Positions 26,099-31,273 of a stretch of 31,273 bases of DNA are shown here, in pieces. Source of the DNA: Candidatus Micrarchaeota archaeon (GTDB taxonomy: Archaea; Micrarchaeota; Micrarchaeia; Anstonellales; Bilamarchaeaceae); the NCBI GenBank assembly GCA_040754495.1, contig JBFMCO010000017.1, positions 1-31,273 of the forward strand, read 5' to 3'. Position 1 is the stretch's first letter, and each line of letters starts with the position of its first letter. The translations under genes and the position numbers were made by a program. The notes beneath the pieces are model-generated. The model searched no databases. It had not been told where the DNA came from and saw only the letters and a list, made by a program, of their open reading frames with translations.

Positions 26099-27816
26099 CC
26101 CCGAATCACCTTCGAAAGCGAGCTGAGGCTCCCGTGAGTGGCCCTTATCACTATGCCCGGGATGTCCTTCTCCTCATCGATGCGGCACACGCTGATGCGC
26201 GGGTCCCTTATCTCCCCAAGGGCCTGCTCGAAGCCGTGCGTGAGGATTATCGTGGCGCGGTTCAGCTCGGCCTTCTCGCTGAACAGGGCGAGCACCTCGT
26301 CAAGGTTGAATATGCCTCCGTCGGTGAACATGAGGAGGTCTATCGACTCGGCCGCAAGGGCGGTCGTGAACTGGGGGACCGAAAGCTCCAGCTCCTTCCT
26401 TATCGCTTCCCTCGGGACGTGGCCGAGCGCGCGCTCCGGATTGCTGGCGTAGAGTTCGGCCATCTCCGGCCCGAGCATTTTCCGCAGCATCTCGACGTCC
26501 ACAATCGTCCCGCCGCCCTGGTACGCGCTGATAGCCCCGAGCGCCGCGTCCAGGTCGCGGGTGTATGGGAGGTAGAAGGAGCTGCCGCTGAAGTTGATGA
26601 CGCCGATGGAGGAGCCGTGCAGGTGATAGGAGCGGGCCCCGCAATACGCGCCTAGAACCGCATAGGATTTGACCTCTTTCGGGATGGGCATGCTCGCGCT
26701 GCTGTCTATAACTACAAGGAGGTGCGGCACCTCGTAATCGCTCGTGCGTATCGGCCGCTCGGTAATCCGCACGCTTTTGGTGACGCCGGGCAGGTAGAGG
26801 CCGCCCGAGGTCTGGGGAAGCGCGAGGTTCGGGTCTTCCCCGGGCCTCCATTTCCGCGTGTCGCTCCAGGAGCGCACCGTCCCTTCGGTCTCGAGCAGCT
26901 TCTTCGTGACGACAAGCGCGTATCTCATCGAAAGCTGCCTGTAGTATTCGAGCACCTCCGGGTCGACCGGAAGCTCGCCTTCGGATGTGCCTATGGAGCG
27001 GGCGGCTGGCAGCTTCGGAGGCTCGGCGCCGTGCTTTTTCAGCCAGTCCTTCACCTTTTCGTACTCCCTCCTGCTGATGCGGTATGAAATCTCCCTGAGC
27101 GCTTCGCGCAGCTCGCCTTCGGAGGATTTGCCGAGGATTTCCATGATGTCGCAGTCGGAATGGTCGGGCCTGAGGGCCTTTTCGCCGCCGTACTTCTTTA
27201 TCATGTCCGCGATTATGTTGCCGAACGTCCAGAGGCCGAGCCTGAGCTTGGTCGTGTCCTCGGCCAGGAAGTCGATTTCCATCATCTTCTCAAGATACGG
27301 CTTCAGCTCGTCTTCGAGCGCGAATTCCCTGCGGGCCTGGCGGTGGAGATATGCGAGCATGACCTGCCGGACGTTCCTGTTGATGGGGTCGTCCATGACG
27401 GCCTGCATGGCCTTGCGCACGTCCAGGATGGCTGAGGTCCTCTGCTCTTCGAGCACGCTCGCGGTGTCGTTGGCCATGTCGGCGTAGGTCTGGAATATGA
27501 AGGAGCGGACCTCCAGGCTGAGCTTGTCGAAGAAATCATCTATCATCTTGCCGGCAAGAACGCACGTGCCGAGGTCCCGCGGGAACACCATGTAGTGGCC
27601 GATTTCGTGGGCGAATACCCCCTCAAGGCATTTTTCCTCGCTCATGCCCCCCCTGCCGCTGACCGTCTGGACGAAGCCCTCGTCCACGAGCGTCTCCTTT
27701 CTGCGGAAATCGAAGCACGCGCCGCCGTCAAGGTCCTTGACCACGCGGGGCTCCTTGAGCGGAGGGAAATGGTACCAGCCGCGGACGCGGTCCCAGAGCG
27801 CCTTGTGGTCAGCCAT
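26095..27816 (-). CDS. HExxH putative metallopeptidase domain plus C-terminal VWA domain
   Basis: AHEIGHY; MIDAS DSSAS, GGT, TDG. GGAGGGTG SD before ATG 27816. Confidence 0.88.
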   Translation of the reverse strand: MADHKALWDRVRGWYHFPPLKEPRVVKDLDGGACFDFRRKETLVDEGFVQTVSGRGGMSEEKCLEGVFAHEIGHYMVFPRDLGTCVLAGKMIDDFFDKLSLEVRSFIFQTYADMANDTASVLEEQRTSAILDVRKAMQAVMDDPINRNVRQVMLAYLHRQARREFALEDELKPYLEKMMEIDFLAEDTTKLRLGLWTFGNIIADMIKKYGGEKALRPDHSDCDIMEILGKSSEGELREALREISYRISRREYEKVKDWLKKHGAEPPKLPAARSIGTSEGELPVDPEVLEYYRQLSMRYALVVTKKLLETEGTVRSWSDTRKWRPGEDPNLALPQTSGGLYLPGVTKSVRITERPIRTSDYEVPHLLVVIDSSASMPIPKEVKSYAVLGAYCGARSYHLHGSSIGVINFSGSSFYLPYTRDLDAALGAISAYQGGGTIVDVEMLRKMLGPEMAELYASNPERALGHVPREAIRKELELSVPQFTTALAAESIDLLMFTDGGIFNLDEVLALFSEKAELNRATIILTHGFEQALGEIRDPRISVCRIDEEKDIPGIVIRATHGSLSSLSKVIRG

Positions 27817-28516
27817 ATAGCACACCCTCCGCCGACCAGAGGCCATCCACGACCTTCCGTTTTCCTATGAATATCCTCCCTCCGCAGGGCACGCAGCAAT
27901 CCTTGGAGATTGATTCGTAACCGCCCAGAAGATGTATTTCGCCCCCGTAAAGCCGGTCACCTACGTATTTACCTGCCTGGCCAAGGACAATGACCTTGCC
28001 GCCGTTCATCAGCGCGGCAAGACCGTCACCGGCATCGCCTTCTATGACAAGGCGGCCGCCTGCCATTTCCCTGGCACAGTCTGCGCCGACGTCCCCGGCA
28101 ACACGGACATTCTTGACATTTCGGAACGCGAAATATGCGACAGGCTCTTCGAGGAACGGCAGCGCAACGTGATAAATTTTGTGCCTGCCTTCGTTTATCA
28201 GGGCGGATAGGAACCACCCTGTCTTGGAATTGAGGTAACGCTCGTAAGGAAGGGCAGCGATGGGCAGGGCGAATCCGGCGACGTCATTTGGCGAGTATGT
28301 GAGTCCCGCGATAGCTTCTTTGGCAAGCCCGTAATTATCCGTGAACTTTGCAACGTCGTGACGGAAGCTGGCGGTAAAACGCCCCAGGAGCTCTTCCTGA
28401 AGGGGGTCCTTTTTCACGGCGATCGGGCGGACTGTGCCTTCCTGTTCTGCCCGGTACCTGCCGAATCGCTTTCCGGCTTCGCATGCCGTTCGCTCCTCGC
28501 TCCGGAAAGCGCTCAT
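27809..28516 (-). CDS. GXGXG beta-helix repeat protein #1
   Basis: VRVAGDVGADCAREMAGGRLVIEGDAGDGLAALMNGG... repeats. Starts 1 nt after the ATPase stop. Confidence 0.85.
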   Translation of the reverse strand: MSAFRSEERTACEAGKRFGRYRAEQEGTVRPIAVKKDPLQEELLGRFTASFRHDVAKFTDNYGLAKEAIAGLTYSPNDVAGFALPIAALPYERYLNSKTGWFLSALINEGRHKIYHVALPFLEEPVAYFAFRNVKNVRVAGDVGADCAREMAGGRLVIEGDAGDGLAALMNGGKVIVLGQAGKYVGDRLYGGEIHLLGGYESISKDCCVPCGGRIFIGKRKVVDGLWSAEGVLYG

Positions 28517-28517
28517 G

Positions 28518-29939
28518 CTAACTCTCCTCGTAGAACGCCTTCCGGTCCATCTCGCGCGCGTTCGCGACCAGGTCCTTCATGAGGGGGTGGTCGTGCCTGT
28601 CCGCCTTCAGCGCCGGCGCGTCTTCGGGCTTCAGCTCCCCTTTTTCGATTGCCTCGAGGTCCCGGACAAGCTCCTTCGAGGAGTCGTCCTCTACCGCAAA
28701 GCCCCTTTCGCCCGCCTCCCACCTTTGCAGGACCGAAATCAGGTTCTTCATGGGCTGGATGGCAGTGGTATAGCGCAAAAATACCTCGCTGACGAGCGTC
28801 TTCGCGAGATGGAGCATCTGGCTGTCCCTGCGCTGCGCGTTGCCGTGCTTGTTCTTGTAGTCGTCGCTGAAATCCGCCTTGTGCGCAAAGACATGCGGAA
28901 GGACGTACCTCACGTGGTCCAGTCCCGGAGAGCCGCCCATGAACCATGCAAGGCCCCTTGCATAATCCATCGCCGCCATCACGCTTCTCGGGCTGAAGCT
29001 GTGCCGGACGCTCACGCCGGCGTACATCTGGTCGTGCGTGTCCTGGCTTGCCGGGTCGGATGCCCTCTTGGTGCCGTACTGGGCCGAGTAGTTTATCTCG
29101 GCCATGAACGCCTGCAGGAACAGCATCGCGTCGTTGTCGAATTCCAGGGAGGCGATTTGTTCCCGGATTGCTTTCCGCTCGTCTTCGGTGAGGTGGCCCT
29201 CGACGGGCCTTTTCTTGAGCGCAGCCTTGAACTTGTCGTAGCCGAGGCCGAGGGACGAGACCGCAGAAGAGGTGAAATCCGGGCGGCACAGCTCCTTCTC
29301 CCTCGCCTCTTTCGCAGCATGGAAGTCGAAAATCACCATCGTCGAGAAGAACGCCTCCTCGGTCACTATGTCGAGCCTGTCTTTCAGGGCCGGCAGCAGG
29401 CCGTTCTCGTGGTTGCCTGTGCGCTCATTCATCGTGAGGAACGCTGGCTTCTTCCCCTCGAAAAGCGACTGGTTCTGGTAATTCCACCTGCCGGTGTCGA
29501 TGCCCTGGAGTATGACGTCCTGAGAATCGTAAGGGAGGCGGTTGGCTTCATCTATGTTAAGGACGTCGAGGCCGAACGAGCCCTGCCACACGACGCTCTC
29601 CTCGCCCCTTGCCAGCCTGCCGTAGTGCGGGCGGCCGACTATTTTCTCCTCGTATTTCTGCGGGTTGCCGCGTATCTCCATGGCATCGTAGAGGTCGTAC
29701 GGAAGGCCGGTCAGCCTTGCGGCCAGGATTTTCGCGCCGGTGGTCTTTCCCCACCCGGGCTCGCCGACGAGCAGGTGGTTCTTGTCCATCAGGCAGGAGA
29801 GCGCCATGAGCACGAGATTCCTGTGCATCAGCCTCCCGGCCGGCCCTTCGTCCAGGGGGGCGAAATGGAAGCGGCCGGCGATATCGCTGAGGGCCGAATA
29901 GACTTTTACCCTTGGTTCTTGAGTGGGAGCCATAATCAT
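28518..29939 (-). CDS. MoxR-family AAA+ ATPase
   Basis: GEPGWGKTT Walker A, LNIDEANR Walker B, TMN sensor I, ALKDRL Arg finger, SPRS sensor II. TTTTTAAA promoter at about 29973-29980. Confidence 0.9.
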   Translation of the reverse strand: MIMAPTQEPRVKVYSALSDIAGRFHFAPLDEGPAGRLMHRNLVLMALSCLMDKNHLLVGEPGWGKTTGAKILAARLTGLPYDLYDAMEIRGNPQKYEEKIVGRPHYGRLARGEESVVWQGSFGLDVLNIDEANRLPYDSQDVILQGIDTGRWNYQNQSLFEGKKPAFLTMNERTGNHENGLLPALKDRLDIVTEEAFFSTMVIFDFHAAKEAREKELCRPDFTSSAVSSLGLGYDKFKAALKKRPVEGHLTEDERKAIREQIASLEFDNDAMLFLQAFMAEINYSAQYGTKRASDPASQDTHDQMYAGVSVRHSFSPRSVMAAMDYARGLAWFMGGSPGLDHVRYVLPHVFAHKADFSDDYKNKHGNAQRRDSQMLHLAKTLVSEVFLRYTTAIQPMKNLISVLQRWEAGERGFAVEDDSSKELVRDLEAIEKGELKPEDAPALKADRHDHPLMKDLVANAREMDRKAFYEES

Positions 29940-29996
29940 CACTGTCTGGTGAGCTGATTATGGCAAATAGTGTTTAAAAAGGTATTTATGTGGATT

Positions 29997-30374
29997 CTAT
30001 GGCGTCAGGTCCGGCGCTTCCCGCCCGATGCCGCCCTTCATGCGCTGCGATACCCTCACTTCCCTTGGAAGCTCCTCGGACTTGCCGAGGCGCCAGGCGA
30101 GCACTTCATAGACATCATGCATGCAGAGCCGGTCATCGTCGCTGATAAGCAGCGGCCGGAGCTCCGGGTGCTCGCGGAGCATCTCGACGTAAGAGCCTTT
30201 GAAAAGCGAGAGGCGCACAAGGCCGTAGAGGGTGCCCGCCTGCTTGTCGTCTAGGGCGGAGAGGCTGCTCGAGAACTGCTGGAAGCCCAGGTTCCATGCC
30301 TTCCTCACGCCGAGCCAGATACGCCGGAGCTCCGGCGTGATGACCAACTTCTCGATTTTCTTCTCTACTGCCAA
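29997..30374 (-). CDS. Hypothetical protein (probable TTG start)
   Basis: The track start at 30404 abuts the TATA box. In-frame TTG 30374 has GGTG upstream. Confidence 0.6.
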   Translation of the reverse strand: MAVEKKIEKLVITPELRRIWLGVRKAWNLGFQQFSSSLSALDDKQAGTLYGLVRLSLFKGSYVEMLREHPELRPLLISDDDRLCMHDVYEVLAWRLGKSEELPREVRVSQRMKGGIGREAPDLTP

Positions 30375-30391
30375 TTGAACACCGTTAAGCC

Positions 30392-30406
30392 GATTGCCGG
30401 GCAATC
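30392..30406. promoter_or_regulatory. Operator-like palindrome GATTGCC-G-GGCAATC
   Basis: Perfect 7-bp arms directly next to TATA-like TTTAAG (30412-30407, minus strand). Confidence 0.45.
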
Positions 30407-30506
30407 CTTAAATTTTTTTCCGTTAATCAGCGGAGATTCTGATACAAACATTTATAAATAAGGTATTGGGCAATAGGTTCAGAACTCTGAAAGGAGGTGT
30501 AGCAGT

Positions 30507-30605
30507 ATGGAAAGAATGGCATATTACGGAAAGAAGATGGCCATGTCTAATTGTAAGCAGCACTTGGGCTACACCTTCGTCATCAGGTGGCGCAAGGAAT
30601 TGTAG
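30507..30605 (+). CDS. 32-aa small ORF
   Basis: AAGGAGGTG SD 7 nt before the ATG, TTTATAAA upstream. Translation: MERMAYYGKKMAMSNCKQHLGYTFVIRWRKEL. Confidence 0.55.
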   Translation: MERMAYYGKKMAMSNCKQHLGYTFVIRWRKEL

Positions 30606-30786
30606 GAGGTAAGGGGCCCCCCAAAGGGGCGTGACGCCCGAAACTCCTGCGCCCGGAAAAACGCCCGATAGCGAAAGCTCTCGTGCGTCAATGGGTTTAA
30701 CGATAACGCCTGGAAGGATTGCCACGGCGCTCCGGACTCCGTGTCCGCCGCACCGGGGCAGCCTTCCCGGCAGGCGCATGCATGTC

Positions 30787-30806
30787 GAGGGGTAATCTTA
30801 CCCCTC
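30787..30806. promoter_or_regulatory. Palindrome GAGGGGTAA-TC-TTACCCCTC
   Basis: Perfect 9-bp arms, 26 nt before the start of the HTH gene. Confidence 0.5.
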
Positions 30807-30832
30807 ATTTATCCAAAAAATTGGTGATATAA

Positions 30833-31105
30833 GTGGTTGGATTAGAGACAGCCGCTCCGGTTCCGGCCCCGGAGGAGCGGTTTCGCGACAGGATTGTCGC
30901 GGACAGGGGTGATGTGGAGTTTGTGGCCGTCCCGGCCAAAAGAGGCAGACCAAGGAAGGTGTTCAATCAGACGCAGCTCACCGAGGTCCTGAGGCTGTAC
31001 TTCGTGGAGAAGATGTCCATGCGGCAGGTCGCCGACATCCTAGGCGTGTCCCACATGAGCGTCTATCGGATGCTCTCGGACCCGAATATCGAGCTGCTCA
31101 TCTGA
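30833..31105 (+). CDS. Stand-alone HTH DNA-binding protein with GRPR minor-groove arm (Hin/resolvase-like HTH)
   Basis: KRGRPRK followed by MSMRQVADILGVSHMSVYRML. GGTGAT SD, then GTG start. Confidence 0.8.
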   Translation: MVGLETAAPVPAPEERFRDRIVADRGDVEFVAVPAKRGRPRKVFNQTQLTEVLRLYFVEKMSMRQVADILGVSHMSVYRMLSDPNIELLI

Positions 31106-31130
31106 TTTTTCTTCTTTTTTCATATTTTTA
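31106..31130 (+). terminator. T-rich archaeal-type terminator
   Basis: TTTTTCTTCTTTTTTCATATTTTT immediately after the HTH stop. Confidence 0.55.
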
Positions 31131-31147
31131 GGCAAAAACCGGGAAAC

Positions 31148-31273
31148 TGTATTATCCCGAAATAATGTAACCTCGATAGAAAAACAAGGCTCAGACGAAA
31201 TGCCTGAGCTTATGAAAAAGCTCAATCAGCGGAAAATCCGCTGGATTGTAAGGGAGTTCGAAAAGGGCGAGCT
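31148..31273 (+). mobile_element. Probable left end and 5' part of an IS481-family element (truncated by the window)
   Basis: TGT-starting segment TGTATTATCCCGAAATAATGT. ORF from 31212 (or 31200) reads MKKLNQRKIRWIVREFEKGE..., resembling the N-terminus of archaeal IS481 transposases from recall. Confidence 0.5.

Noticed and set aside
24651-28516. Annotation of the GXGXG proteins as formylmethanofuran dehydrogenase subunit C or glutamate synthase
   Set aside because: No fwd/fmd or glt partner subunits are in the window, there are three diverged copies, and each carries an unrelated N-terminal region.
30423-30808. Minus-strand ORFs 30423-30779 and 30569-30808
   Set aside because: They have no recognisable motifs or SD, and they run across the promoter and the better-supported plus-strand small ORF.
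1-31273. tRNA, rRNA, CRISPR array or diversity-generating retroelement
   Set aside because: By eye I saw no cloverleaf with a T-loop, no regularly spaced direct repeats, and no reverse transcriptase or TR/VR pair.

Overview
High-GC archaeal chromosomal window. Archaeal origin is supported by TATA-type promoters about 22 nt before many start codons, GGTGA Shine-Dalgarno sites, Dph5, archaeal-type GluRS, FBP aldolase/phosphatase and a Dpo4-like polymerase. The scattered gene order and many orphan secreted proteins fit a DPANN lineage such as Micrarchaeota (inference, not verified). Left arm (1-6.9 kb): orphan or secreted proteins, including an SGNH hydrolase missed by the ORF track and a 745-aa protein with a signal peptide, an apparent ~14-strand outer-membrane-like beta-barrel and a Cys-His-Asp transglutaminase-like domain. 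Middle (7-24.6 kb): housekeeping and metabolic genes (mscL, class III aminotransferase, bcp, DHS-like, HIT, m5C RNA methyltransferase, dinB, dph5, fbp, an extended class IV aminotransferase, nrdJ, gltX). Right arm (24.6-30 kb): a translationally coupled operon of a MoxR AAA+ ATPase, an HExxH-metallopeptidase/VWA protein and three paralogous GXGXG beta-helix proteins sharing N- and C-terminal motifs. The window ends with small ORFs, operator-like palindromes, an HTH gene and the probable start of an IS481-like transposase. I found no tRNA, rRNA or CRISPR array. All family calls come from motif recognition by eye, not from database searches.
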